Source of the DNA: Bacteriovoracaceae bacterium
GTDB taxonomy: Bacteria > Bdellovibrionota > Bacteriovoracia > Bacteriovoracales > Bacteriovoracaceae
Length of the DNA stretch: 64,000 nt
Assembly (NCBI GenBank): GCA_965217035.1
Contig: OZ244226.1
Span: 1,656,146-1,720,145 of the forward strand
Direction of reading: 5' to 3'
Part shown: positions 27,540 to 37,556 of the stretch, in pieces
Layout of the letters: every line of letters begins with the position of its first letter
Position numbering within the stretch: the first letter of the stretch is position 1
Made by a program: the position numbers and the translations under genes
The notes under the pieces: model-generated
Database searches by the model: none
Seen by the model: the letters and a program-made list of their open reading frames with translations, nothing else
What the model was told of the DNA's origin: nothing

Positions 27540-28299
27540 TGTTTTAATTTTTTCATGTTCTAGTGGAAAAAAGATTACAGGAAAAACAGCTGCAGAAAAA
27601 CTTTATCGTGAGGCAGAAAACTTTGTTTCTCGTAAAAGATATTTATCAGCGATTGAGCGACTCAATATTTTAAGATCTCAGCATCCTTATAGTTATTATG
27701 CAACTCCTGCAGAGTTGTTAATGGCGGATATTAAGTTCCTCCAAAAGGATTTTGTAGATGCAGCAGCGTCTTATCAAGCTTTCAGGGATCTTCATCCAAA
27801 GCATCCAAGAATGGATTATATTGTTTTTAAAATAGCTGAATCTTATTTCAAGCAAATGCCTGATACTTTTGATCGTGACCTTACAGCAACGCATCAAGCT
27901 CAGGATTTCTTTCGAGAACTTCTTATGAAATATCCTCGATCTCAATACGTAAAGGAAGTTAAGGGTCGAATTGATAAAACTCAGGAAATGATAGAAGAGA
28001 AAGAGAAGTCTATTGCTGATTTTTACTTTAAAACTGAAAAGTATTCAGCTGCTAGATATCGCTATTTGAATATTTTAAAAGCTTTCAAAAACCAAAACTT
28101 GCTGAATCATGCGCGCTTACGAATTGTGCAATCGTCTTATTATATGGGAGAATATAGAGAGTGCCTCAGTTATCTTAAGTCTTATGCTAAGAAGTTTACT
28201 AACAGAGAAGCTAAGGATGCCAAGGAATGGGCGGATGATTGCGGTGATGAGCTAAAAGAGAAATTGCAAGCAGCAAGAGAGACTCAGAAGAAGGGTTAA
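27511..28299 (+). CDS. bamD: Outer membrane assembly lipoprotein BamD
   Basis: Lipobox, HPYSYYA..AEL, F..LHPKHP..DY, DRD, YP.SQY, IADFY. Confidence 0.9.
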   Translation: MKNLFWILCSVLIFSCSSGKKITGKTAAEKLYREAENFVSRKRYLSAIERLNILRSQHPYSYYATPAELLMADIKFLQKDFVDAAASYQAFRDLHPKHPRMDYIVFKIAESYFKQMPDTFDRDLTATHQAQDFFRELLMKYPRSQYVKEVKGRIDKTQEMIEEKEKSIADFYFKTEKYSAARYRYLNILKAFKNQNLLNHARLRIVQSSYYMGEYRECLSYLKSYAKKFTNREAKDAKEWADDCGDELKEKLQAARETQKKG

Positions 28300-28302
28300 G
28301 GT

Positions 28303-29022
28303 TTGGAAATTAATAAGCAACATGATTTTGAGAGGGCAAAGAAATACTATGCTGAAGGCAAATTTTCTAAGTCTGAAGAGATCTTAAAAAAGCTTCTCAA
28401 AACTGACCCTAACGATTCAGAAATTCACTTTTTAATTGCAAATATTTATCATCTCAAAGGAAAAATAGGTAGTGCTATTAGGTCCTTCAAAAAAGTTTTA
28501 GAGCTTAACGGTGATCACACCGATGCTATGATTGGCCTTTCGGTGCTCTATAATGATATTGGTCGTTATGATGAGGCTAAGAAGTATTTCGAGATAGCTG
28601 ATAGAAAAGTAAAAACGAGTGATAATGGAGTTGTTGATAATCACATCAATAAGAAGTTTTCTACAATGCATTTTGAAATTGCAGAAATGTATTTCTCTTA
28701 TGGTCGCTATGAAGAAGCCCTGACAGAATATACAAAAGCGAAAACTCTAAATCCTGATAACCTAAATATTCGAGTCAAAATTGCTAAGGTTTATAGTAAA
28801 AAGAAATACCTCTCGAAAGCAATTGAAGAGCTTAGACTTATAAAGAGCGAAAATCCTGGTTTCTTGCCTGCTCGTTTGGCGTTAGGTCTTCAGTATTATT
28901 CTAACGGAAAGGTGATTGAGGCGCAGTCAGAGTGGAGAAATATCCTCCACAAAGATCCAGATCATAAAGAGGCGCGAATGTATTTGAAGCTTTCTCAATC
29001 TGCTACTGAAGTTTCTTTATAG
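28303..29022 (+). CDS. Tetratricopeptide repeat protein
   Basis: Multiple TPR repeats. Confidence 0.85.
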   Translation: MEINKQHDFERAKKYYAEGKFSKSEEILKKLLKTDPNDSEIHFLIANIYHLKGKIGSAIRSFKKVLELNGDHTDAMIGLSVLYNDIGRYDEAKKYFEIADRKVKTSDNGVVDNHINKKFSTMHFEIAEMYFSYGRYEEALTEYTKAKTLNPDNLNIRVKIAKVYSKKKYLSKAIEELRLIKSENPGFLPARLALGLQYYSNGKVIEAQSEWRNILHKDPDHKEARMYLKLSQSATEVSL

Positions 29023-29094
29023 AAAAGACCTTTGTAACAAATAGCGTTTTCGTAATCTCTCTTTAAAGTTTAAAGAATATAAAAATTTTAAGAC

Positions 29095-29658
29095 TTAAAC
29101 AGCGTTAGGTGTAAGTGTAACCATTCGCACCTGAGGCTGAGCTGTAGTTTCATTGCTCTCTTCAGAAGGACGGTAACTTGTTCTAAGAGAGTCATCTGAT
29201 TGCTTAAAGTTGAGAATTGCCGTTTTAAGTTCTTTGTACATCGAAAACTTAACCTCAAGTTTATTATCTTGAAGAACAATTTGCTTACCGAGATTATTTT
29301 GAGAATTAATCACGATAGGTGCTTTAAGATTTGCAGACATCTCAGAAATATCAGCAGGAATAGTTAAGATGTTGTAGATATAGGCTTGTGTCTGAGTTTC
29401 TAGTTGAACACTTGAAAGGTCAGCTGGAAGCAGATTCGCTTGGTAGTCAGCCTTAAAAATTTGTGGCTCGATCATCGGAAACGCAAGTTCAGGAGTCGTG
29501 ATTGATTGTAACCAAATAATCAAAGTCTGATCATTGGGGTCAACAATGCAAAACTTATTTTCATTTTCAAAACCAAGAATTCCATCATTGAAATTGATAA
29601 TGTCGTTGTCATTGATCTCAATTTTTCCAAAGCGTGAAGTTGAAACTAGCACACGCAC
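29095..29658 (-). CDS. fliW: Flagellar assembly factor / CsrA antagonist FliW
   Basis: TSRFG, GILGFE, WLQS...PELAF...P, ANLKAPIVIN; next to csrA. Confidence 0.95.
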   Translation of the reverse strand: MRVLVSTSRFGKIEINDNDIINFNDGILGFENENKFCIVDPNDQTLIIWLQSITTPELAFPMIEPQIFKADYQANLLPADLSSVQLETQTQAYIYNILTIPADISEMSANLKAPIVINSQNNLGKQIVLQDNKLEVKFSMYKELKTAILNFKQSDDSLRTSYRPSEESNETTAQPQVRMVTLTPNAV

Positions 29659-29779
29659 CCTCCTGATAAGTTTGGTCAGGTAACCTGCAGAAGCCTATTC
29701 AATAAGACTTCTTGTATACATGATGTTAGCAGTCAGACGTGTGATGAGCAAGAAGGAATTTATTGCAATATATGGACGA

Positions 29780-30013
29780 CTACTTGTCGTTCCTGAGATC
29801 GCTACTCAGTGAGTCAAGGCTCGCTGGACTGGCTTCTGAAGCCTCTTTGTTCTGATCTTGGATAGCCTGGTAGACTTCTTCACGATGGATTTTAGTCTCT
29901 CTAGGTGCTTTGATACCTAGTCGTACCTGCTTTCCTTTGATTTGAACTACTACAATTTTTATGTGGTCGTCTATAGCGATACTTTCGCCTAGCTTCCGTG
30001 TTAAAACTAACAT
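29780..30013 (-). CDS. csrA: Carbon storage regulator CsrA
   Basis: MLVLTRKLGESI.I...QVRLGIKAP...IHREEVY. Confidence 0.98.
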   Translation of the reverse strand: MLVLTRKLGESIAIDDHIKIVVVQIKGKQVRLGIKAPRETKIHREEVYQAIQDQNKEASEASPASLDSLSSDLRNDK

Positions 30014-30143
30014 AAGTTATTCCTCAACCAATGTTGTTCACCAATCCTTTGGCACTATGCTCTGATTGGAAGTATCACCCTAGATATTACTAGGTCGTGG
30101 AAAAAGCAAGTAAAAAATGTCAAAAAATGTAAGATTTTTATGC

Positions 30144-31253
30144 TTAGCGCAGAAAGTCGATCAAATTGTTATTTAAAAGTTGTCCGCTAACCTTGTAGGT
30201 AGCGTTGAGGGTGGACTGCTGTTTTTGAAGTTCACTAGCTAATTCAGCGACGTCAATATCCTCAATTTGAGTTCGATAGGACTCATGAGTGATGATATCC
30301 CGTTCAGTTTGATTAATAGAAGCGTCGATAGAGTTAATCGTCGCCCCAATCTTGGTTCTCATTTTCGTGATGTGTTGGGCATAAGAATCGAGCCTCTCAA
30401 GGAGATCTTGAATAATTTCATTATTATCAGTTTGTAATGCGTTTCTGAGAGACTTTAAATCATTGAACAGGTTAGAGCGCCCGCCTCCAGGGTATTTTCT
30501 TTCTTGATAGGGAACTCTTTCTTCATAGGCCCTTAAGTCCTGCTTTTTTTTCTTTTCAGAGCCTTCGGTTTTTTCACCATTTTCACTGTCTTCATCAAAG
30601 TTTGCCAGTGAGCGATTCGGATGTTTTTCAGTGTCGACTTTTGGGTCTTTTTCAATTTCTGTTTCGTCAAATAATTGTGGATCGAAAACTTCTTCTGTTT
30701 TTCGATTTTTTCCAAAAAAGATTTCGAGACCATTAATATTAGCAGGAATAAAAAAGTCTTTTGAAACTTCAATCGTCATTTTACCATCATCGCCAAGGTA
30801 GTTTCCGTCTTTATCAACAGCCTTGGTAAGAGTTTTGTGACCAGAGAAAATATAGCGATTACCAAATCTTCTATTTGCAACTGCGATTGATTGATCTCTA
30901 AGTTGGTTGATCTCTTCAGCAATTTGAGCCCTGATTTCTTTTCCATAAAGACTTGATGATTGTTGAATCGCCAGTTCTTTTGCCCTACCGACAATTTCAG
31001 TTAAATCAATAAGAGCACTTTCAGTATATTCAAGTTGAGATTTTGCAAGAGATGAGTTTTTTAAATACTGTTCGTTGTCTGACTTTACAGATCGAAGAGC
31101 GAGGACTTCTGTGTTCCCAATGGGATTATCAGAAGGCTTAAGCATGCTCTTGAATGAAGAACCCTTAAGAGTTAGGTCTTCAAGTTTAACCTTTGCCTTC
31201 CGAGTGGCATGGTTAACAGCATGTTTTGAACTATTTTCCGATACCCGTGTCAT
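30144..31253 (-). CDS. flgL: Flagellar hook-associated protein 3
   Basis: KPSDNP, GNRYIFSG, flagellin-like termini; follows flgK. Confidence 0.92.
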   Translation of the reverse strand: MTRVSENSSKHAVNHATRKAKVKLEDLTLKGSSFKSMLKPSDNPIGNTEVLALRSVKSDNEQYLKNSSLAKSQLEYTESALIDLTEIVGRAKELAIQQSSSLYGKEIRAQIAEEINQLRDQSIAVANRRFGNRYIFSGHKTLTKAVDKDGNYLGDDGKMTIEVSKDFFIPANINGLEIFFGKNRKTEEVFDPQLFDETEIEKDPKVDTEKHPNRSLANFDEDSENGEKTEGSEKKKKQDLRAYEERVPYQERKYPGGGRSNLFNDLKSLRNALQTDNNEIIQDLLERLDSYAQHITKMRTKIGATINSIDASINQTERDIITHESYRTQIEDIDVAELASELQKQQSTLNATYKVSGQLLNNNLIDFLR

Positions 31254-31256
31254 CTA

Positions 31257-32723
31257 TTACCTCATGATGCTCAAGAGAGCATCAAACATCTCTTCACTAT
31301 TTTGAATAACTTTTGCATTTGCTTGATATTGGTGTTGGTACTTAACAAGGTTTGCAGCCTCTTCATCAAGTGAAACGCCAGAGATTCTTTCTTTCATTGT
31401 ATTAATTTGTGATTTAATTCCCCTTGCATGCTCAGCGGTTATTCGTTCCTTAGAAGTTTTAACACCGATATGTCCAACAGTTTTTAAGTACTCTTCTTCA
31501 AATGTTGAAGTCCCACCACTTGCAAACTTTTCGTGTTGAAGTTTTGTAATTGCGAGAGCAATTCTATTATCAGCAGGAGCATTGGGACTGACTGCAACCG
31601 AAATATAATCTGCCGATTCTTTTACGAGACCACTTAAACTTAGATTTCTTGCCGCATTTTTTGCAGATTTTGGTGATTCAAAAAACTTAATATTAGTAAC
31701 TTGCTTAAATGTTCCATCATTCATCGGTTGTCCGTTTTGATCTAATGGAAGTGGTTTATTAATATAACCTCTTTTGTGAATAGCATTAACGGCATTCGCA
31801 AGGTTGTAAGCAAGATCATCAATCTTATTAGAGAGGTTTGCGAGTTCCTCGTTTCTAGTCTTAATAGCAGCTTTTATAATACCTTTCCCAAACTGGTCAG
31901 TAACAATAATATTAGGACGTTCTTTGAAAAAAATTTGCATGGAACCAGGATCATTAATGTCATTAGAGTCTTTTATGGCTGCTGCTCCAAGACCAATCTT
32001 ATTTCCTGCGATAACAAGACTTCCTACCCCTTCTGCATTAACAACGAAATTTCCTCGCTCATCTTCATAAGTATGAAGATCAAAGTATTCCGATAATTTT
32101 TGAATAGCTTGGTCTCTCCCATCTCTTAAATCTGAAGCGACGGCATTATCATTAAGTTCTAGTTGAACAATTTGTAAGTTTAGAGTTGCAATTTGATCTG
32201 TAAGCGCATTAACGGAATCAACTGCTCTATGAACTCTATTTTCCATTGTTGATCTGATTTGAGTGAGTCTGTCATCAACTCTATGAAAGTCTTTAACAAT
32301 AAGAGAAGCTTTATCTCTAACAATTTCTCTTAATGTATCGTTCTCTGGTTCATTCGCAAGCTCTCTAAAAGAGTTGAAGAAATTGTTCATGAGTTTATTA
32401 AGTCCTTCTCCATCAACTTCATTAAAAACTTGTTCGAGTTGAGAAAGGAGGTTTGTCCTCTCATCGTGAAAACCTGTTTGAGTCAGAGATTTCCGGAGCC
32501 GTTTTTCGAGTAATTCATCATGAATTCTTTTGACTGTTTTAACATCAGTACCGCGACCGACAACGACATTACCTTTTCTCATTGGAGGATAAGCGCTTTG
32601 TTCAACTCTTTGACGAGAATAACCTTCCGTGTTGGCGTTGGATATATTATGCCCCGTAGTCTCCAAAGACCGTTTTGATGCCATTAAACCGGAACGTCCT
32701 ATTCCAATTAAACTACGAGACAA
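31257..32723 (-). CDS. flgK: Flagellar hook-associated protein 1
   Basis: TGHNISNANTEGYSRQRV, SGVSLDEE. Confidence 0.96.
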   Translation of the reverse strand: MSRSLIGIGRSGLMASKRSLETTGHNISNANTEGYSRQRVEQSAYPPMRKGNVVVGRGTDVKTVKRIHDELLEKRLRKSLTQTGFHDERTNLLSQLEQVFNEVDGEGLNKLMNNFFNSFRELANEPENDTLREIVRDKASLIVKDFHRVDDRLTQIRSTMENRVHRAVDSVNALTDQIATLNLQIVQLELNDNAVASDLRDGRDQAIQKLSEYFDLHTYEDERGNFVVNAEGVGSLVIAGNKIGLGAAAIKDSNDINDPGSMQIFFKERPNIIVTDQFGKGIIKAAIKTRNEELANLSNKIDDLAYNLANAVNAIHKRGYINKPLPLDQNGQPMNDGTFKQVTNIKFFESPKSAKNAARNLSLSGLVKESADYISVAVSPNAPADNRIALAITKLQHEKFASGGTSTFEEEYLKTVGHIGVKTSKERITAEHARGIKSQINTMKERISGVSLDEEAANLVKYQHQYQANAKVIQNSEEMFDALLSIMR

Positions 32724-32735
32724 AGTTTAAGCTCC

Positions 32736-33230
32736 TTACTTTTTCATCTCCATCTGTTTTTCCCCACTTGCATTATAAGTTTCAATATAGGGAGAACCAG
32801 AGAAGTCTTTTTTGATTTGATTGAGAGAGTAGAGTGCCTTATTCAAGAAAATACGATTTCTCTTGTTTTGTTCTTGAATGTTTTCAATGATATCGATGAG
32901 AAGAACATTGTATTGTTCGAGCAGGTCATCTTTAACATGACTTTTGAAGAAATCAATGAGATCTCTTGCCTTAACAATTGTTTTTTTGCTGTAATCCTTA
33001 TTAAGGAACTCAATGAATGTCGCTCTTTGACCTTCCATTTGAGTTACTTTTGAAATGATCTTTTCTTTCCTTGCAAGACAGTCATCAAGGTTTTCAATGT
33101 CACTTTGCATGAGAAGAAGGTGTTCCTCACAGGCAAGCTCGTAGAGTTCGTTATGAAGCTCACAAAAACCTCTCCAGAGATCACAAACATCATTGTATAA
33201 AAATTGTGCTTTAAGCTTTATTTCTTCCAT
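32736..33230 (-). CDS. flgN: Flagellar export chaperone FlgN
   Basis: Helical, N..N..FL motif, position between flgM and flgK. Confidence 0.75.
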   Translation of the reverse strand: MEEIKLKAQFLYNDVCDLWRGFCELHNELYELACEEHLLLMQSDIENLDDCLARKEKIISKVTQMEGQRATFIEFLNKDYSKKTIVKARDLIDFFKSHVKDDLLEQYNVLLIDIIENIQEQNKRNRIFLNKALYSLNQIKKDFSGSPYIETYNASGEKQMEMKK

Positions 33231-33231
33231 C

Positions 33232-33567
33232 TTAGTACTCAGAAGTTAATATTTTATCTGCGAGGGCATCGTAATCGACTTTGTATTCACCAGATTGAAC
33301 TTGCTTTTTAAGCCGAGCGATTTTTGCAGAGTTGTCGATTTGTGGAGCAGAATCAACAGCAGCTTTTATTCTTGAGAAGTCTTTTACTTTATCAGGAATA
33401 TTGACTTTAGTGTGCCCTGCTGTTTTTTGATTTAACTCATTAGCCCTTTCTAATGTGTTACGCCTAGAGTTTAATAACTCCTTCATCTTCCTGGTTTCAC
33501 GTGACTTCACTGCAGTTCGTGAGTTTGGAAAAAATGGAGGTCTCGGTAATCCCTTAACTTCACTCAT
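33232..33567 (-). CDS. flgM: Anti-sigma28 factor FlgM
   Basis: KIARLKKQVQSGEYKVDYDALADKIL. Confidence 0.9.
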   Translation of the reverse strand: MSEVKGLPRPPFFPNSRTAVKSRETRKMKELLNSRRNTLERANELNQKTAGHTKVNIPDKVKDFSRIKAAVDSAPQIDNSAKIARLKKQVQSGEYKVDYDALADKILTSEY

Positions 33568-33967
33568 CTCTTGGCTCCTTGGCTTTAGCCTGCTCATACA
33601 TCATTTTCACTTGTTGAGCGTTCTTTGGTAATGCTTTTGCTTTATAGTTGGGATAAATTTGATCGAGCACGACTTCCTTCATCCCAATTCCAGTTGTCTC
33701 ACTTAAAGTTTTTGCATTTTCATAATCCATCATTGAGTTATAAAATCTTTCAGCGCTACTTTCTGGCTTTGTTTTCTTTACACTTTTTCTCATCTCGGCA
33801 AAAAGTTTATGGGCAAATTGTGTTTCCATTCCTTTTGCTACGTCCATGATTTGTTTTGGAACGTTTTCAAATTTTGATTTACGAATAAATTGCTTCATCT
33901 TTACGTTGCCGTTATTTTGACGATCTCTTTTTTTTAAAATTTCAGGACCGGTTTTCTTAATCTTCAT
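33560..33967 (-). CDS. flgJ: FlgJ rod-binding domain protein (no muramidase domain)
   Basis: VAKGME..F...LFAEMRKSV, YNSMMD.E.A. Confidence 0.75.
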   Translation of the reverse strand: MKIKKTGPEILKKRDRQNNGNVKMKQFIRKSKFENVPKQIMDVAKGMETQFAHKLFAEMRKSVKKTKPESSAERFYNSMMDYENAKTLSETTGIGMKEVVLDQIYPNYKAKALPKNAQQVKMMYEQAKAKEPRDE

Positions 33968-34082
33968 TATAAGCTAAACCTCTAATAATGCGTACTATAA
34001 GGCTTTTTGCCGCTAATAATAGGGTAACATGATTACTGATTGAACTGATTGGGAAAGCAATTTCTGCCTGGAAAGAAGAAGC

Positions 34083-34850
34083 TCAGTGGGAATTAATTTC
34101 CATAATATGGAGGATGTCTTTCACGTGCTGGGTAAGATTTGTAAATAAGTATTCTGTCTCACAGCCACGACTCTTAGAATGGAGACCTATGATTCTATCC
34201 CGACCTTTTTTGTCGGTATAGTATAGCGGGGATCCACTATTTGAACCCTTGTGATTAATAGTATTATCTGAGCTTTTTTCTTCAATACATAATTTGAAGG
34301 GGCTTTGAACATTGAAAAGAGAGTAGTTCGAATCAGAGTTGAAAGCTTCGATCTCTTGCTCAATATTTAAAATAGGAAATGAAAGGTGCTTGTTTCTATC
34401 TTTTGCTTGAGGTGTCCATTTAGTTGTAAAAATCTTTTTTGGATTTTCTAAATCATATTTTAGCGAAAGATGAACAAATTTTTTAACTCTAGAAACTCCA
34501 AGAGGTTCAATTCTCAATAAGGCAAAGTCGCCAAGAAGTCTTTCAGCATCATAGTTTGTGTTATTGTGAATCCCTTGAGGGGTAACATTATATTCAATTC
34601 CGAAGTCGTCTCTGAGAACAATTTGTCTGGAGTCTAGTTGTGCTTCAGAGTCTTTATTGCTCGTGCAATGAGCAGCAGTAATGGCCCATTGGGGTGAGAG
34701 CATAGAAGCTTTGCAGACCATTTGAGAACGATGAAAAGAATCATCTCTATGATAGAGCTCTAGCTGCCATTCTGGTGCAAGACCATAGTCATTTCCAAAG
34801 GCTGACAGACAAAATAGTAGAGTGAGAAGAAGCGTCTTCATGAGTTTCAT
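34083..34850 (-). CDS. Secreted trypsin-like (S1) serine protease
   Basis: Signal peptide; WAITAAHC, GDFALL, GSNSGSPL. Confidence 0.85.
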   Translation of the reverse strand: MKLMKTLLLTLLFCLSAFGNDYGLAPEWQLELYHRDDSFHRSQMVCKASMLSPQWAITAAHCTSNKDSEAQLDSRQIVLRDDFGIEYNVTPQGIHNNTNYDAERLLGDFALLRIEPLGVSRVKKFVHLSLKYDLENPKKIFTTKWTPQAKDRNKHLSFPILNIEQEIEAFNSDSNYSLFNVQSPFKLCIEEKSSDNTINHKGSNSGSPLYYTDKKGRDRIIGLHSKSRGCETEYLFTNLTQHVKDILHIMEINSH

Positions 34851-34896
34851 TATGGCTTAATTTGCTGAAAATAGGGAAAAGTAAGGTAGAACTTAT

Positions 34897-34921
34897 AGGG
34901 TGTTTAAAGAGTAAACACCCT
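34897..34921. terminator. Hairpin between the deiminase and trypsin genes
   Basis: AGGGTGTTTA-aagag-TAAACACCCT. Confidence 0.5.
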
Positions 34922-34941
34922 TTTATTTCAAGTGTTTAGCG

Positions 34942-36519
34942 TTAGTTTCCAATCATGATCGGATGCCTATAGGTTTCACTTAAGCAGCGTATTCCACCCA
35001 TTGCACACATGCTCTGTTGAGAGGAGTTAGCGAAGTGGGTTTGATAACCATATTCCTTGTAGATGTCGGAGATTATGCCTTGAAGAATAGGAGAATCATA
35101 ACCTGGAAGAATAATACGCCCATCTGTCACCACAGCGTTAGTGAAGTTGAGATAAGATACCGGAAATTCTTTGTTGGCGTTAAACCCTCCATAAACGGCG
35201 TGTTCTCTCATTTTTCGAATAGCGACAAGTCCAGGAAGATCAAAAACATCATAGCTATTCTCCGTCAAAATCTTTTTAAAGAATTCGACCTTTTCGATTT
35301 CAACCATGATCTCTTTATAGGAAGTCTGAAAAAGTGAATCATACATGGTTTTTTCAAAAAAGGTGAGTTTATGCCACTTTCCACTGCTGTATAAATCTTC
35401 ATGAAAGGCTTTTAACTTGGCTATATATTCTTTTCGAGTCAGTTTGGTAATATCTTCAATGCCCACAATCTCTTTTAATAATCTTTTGGGGCTTGAGACT
35501 CCAACAACTTCTTTGCCATTGTTGGCTTTTAAATTACGCATAATGACCATTCTTAAATCAATATGGAAGTCTATTTGCTTAAGAATATTATTATTACCGT
35601 CATAATGTCCCATTTCTAAAATAGGTTTTCCAAATTCCTCTTTGAAAACTTCTAATAAATTCTTTTTTGAAATTCCTAATTTTCTACTCATATGATTTGT
35701 GATATCGGGGCCCATGAAAACATGGCGATCTCCCACTATAACATTTCCACCCTCAAAATCGAAAAGCGAATCTTCGACATGAACAAAATCATCCTTTTTT
35801 AGAGCTCTGGTAAAATCCCTATATGATCTTCTGTCGGTTTTAACTCCTCTATTTTGTAGATATGTCGCTCTTTTTTCACCTAGAAGCATTGTCTTGCTTC
35901 CATCTTGCGCCCAAATACATCCACCATCATAGCTGCAATTAGCATCGATAATTTTTACTCTTTTTATTTTAGATTCTGGAAAGTTTTTGAGCTTTGTGTC
36001 CAATCGGTCTAGATCACTAACATGAGAAACAATCCATATTTCAAAATCAGGAATTTCATCCATAAAGGCAAAATAATCATCTAGCAGGGGATTAGATAAT
36101 GAGCCCCTGGAGTAGTTAACTCTGACGGCCCTTAGTTTCATACCTCCATTCTCTAGGCTTAGTTGAATAGGATCATCTTTGGGAAAATGAAATTTTCCTG
36201 TTCTTCGATCGTAATATTTATAGAATTTGTCAGGAACATTATGATTCAAAAGGGCTTGGTTTCGTGTCATACCTCCATTCTTCATTCTATTTTCTATTAT
36301 TTGATCATCTTTGGTCGATTCAAAAATATATTCGAAGTCATTGGTTCGTTTTTCTTGCATTGCTTGATAAGAACTGTCTTTCCAGTCATCTGTATCGCTT
36401 ATCCAGTAATAGTCATCAAAGTTTTGAGGTATTTTTTCTGCATAGGATATGCAATCTGAATAAGCTTGAAAGGGAAGTGAAAATACTAGAAATAGTATCA
36501 GCAGGTTAAGATGTTTCAT
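34942..36519 (-). CDS. Secreted peptidylarginine/agmatine deiminase-like enzyme (amidinotransferase superfamily)
   Basis: Signal peptide; IWAQD, FEGGN, FHID, FTNAV, GGIRC catalytic motifs in the expected order. Confidence 0.75.
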   Translation of the reverse strand: MKHLNLLILFLVFSLPFQAYSDCISYAEKIPQNFDDYYWISDTDDWKDSSYQAMQEKRTNDFEYIFESTKDDQIIENRMKNGGMTRNQALLNHNVPDKFYKYYDRRTGKFHFPKDDPIQLSLENGGMKLRAVRVNYSRGSLSNPLLDDYFAFMDEIPDFEIWIVSHVSDLDRLDTKLKNFPESKIKRVKIIDANCSYDGGCIWAQDGSKTMLLGEKRATYLQNRGVKTDRRSYRDFTRALKKDDFVHVEDSLFDFEGGNVIVGDRHVFMGPDITNHMSRKLGISKKNLLEVFKEEFGKPILEMGHYDGNNNILKQIDFHIDLRMVIMRNLKANNGKEVVGVSSPKRLLKEIVGIEDITKLTRKEYIAKLKAFHEDLYSSGKWHKLTFFEKTMYDSLFQTSYKEIMVEIEKVEFFKKILTENSYDVFDLPGLVAIRKMREHAVYGGFNANKEFPVSYLNFTNAVVTDGRIILPGYDSPILQGIISDIYKEYGYQTHFANSSQQSMCAMGGIRCLSETYRHPIMIGN

Positions 36520-36550
36520 GTCTATCCTTAAGTAGAAAGTTAAAAATTAT

Positions 36551-37546
36551 TTAAATTAATTCTAGTTCAGCAGTAATTGCGCCATTCTTTTTGAGGGCCT
36601 GGAAAATAGAGATAAGATCTTCTGGGCCTGTTCCAATGACATTAAGGGCTTTGATTAAATCACCAATTGTAGCGCCTTTTTCTATCATATGAAGATACTC
36701 CTCTTTTTCTTCGTCTTCCTCGCCTCGAATTTTTACTACGAGATCCCTATGACTTAAGGCAACTTTTTTGATAGGTATCTCACCACCAGCGACGAGTGTT
36801 CCTGTTTTTTCATTAATAATAATTCTAGCTTTAGTATCAGTGATTACTTTGAAATTTTCTACTACGGCAATTAAATCGACGAGTCTTCTTTTATAGTATT
36901 CTGGAATAATAAGATCAATTGTTGTGGCATCTTTTGCAAGAGCAAACTTTCCACCAAGTTCTCTGTTAATTGTTCTTGCGACACGAGCATTTGTTGTGAA
37001 ATCAGGATTCTTTAAGGAGAGTCTTAAGGCATTTCTTTTCTCAAAGTTAAGCCCAAGATCTTGTTCAACGATGGCACCGTCAGGAATTCTTGCGCCTGTT
37101 GCGAAATTTGCTCCATTATTGAGTCCACCAATAGAGAGAGCACCTTCGGCGATTGCATAAATTTTTCCATCTCCTCCTTTCAGGGGTGTTACAAGTAGAG
37201 TCCCTCCTGCTAGAGAACTCGCATCTCCAATTGATGAGATGGTAACGTCTGTTTTCTGGCCAATTCTTGCGAATGCTGGAAGCTTTGCCGTTACAATAAC
37301 CGAAGCAACATTAGCGGAAGAGACTTCTTTTTGAGGGTCAAGGCCTAAGGTTTTGAACATTCTAATGAGAGATTGTGATGTGATATCGGTTCCCCCATCA
37401 CCCGTTCCATTGAGACCAATGACAAGTCCATATCCAATAACAGGATTTTCTCTAACACCTTTAATCGTAACAAGATCTTTGATCCTAGTGGGAGTTGAGA
37501 AAACTTGTGTGGTGAAAAGTACAAAAATTAAACTGATTTTTTTCAT
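36551..37546 (-). CDS. flgI: Flagellar P-ring protein
   Basis: RIKD...GVREN...GYGLVIGLNGTGD, SSIGDASSL.GGTL. Confidence 0.96.
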   Translation of the reverse strand: MKKISLIFVLFTTQVFSTPTRIKDLVTIKGVRENPVIGYGLVIGLNGTGDGGTDITSQSLIRMFKTLGLDPQKEVSSANVASVIVTAKLPAFARIGQKTDVTISSIGDASSLAGGTLLVTPLKGGDGKIYAIAEGALSIGGLNNGANFATGARIPDGAIVEQDLGLNFEKRNALRLSLKNPDFTTNARVARTINRELGGKFALAKDATTIDLIIPEYYKRRLVDLIAVVENFKVITDTKARIIINEKTGTLVAGGEIPIKKVALSHRDLVVKIRGEEDEEKEEYLHMIEKGATIGDLIKALNVIGTGPEDLISIFQALKKNGAITAELELI

Positions 37547-37556
37547 ATTTATCTCT

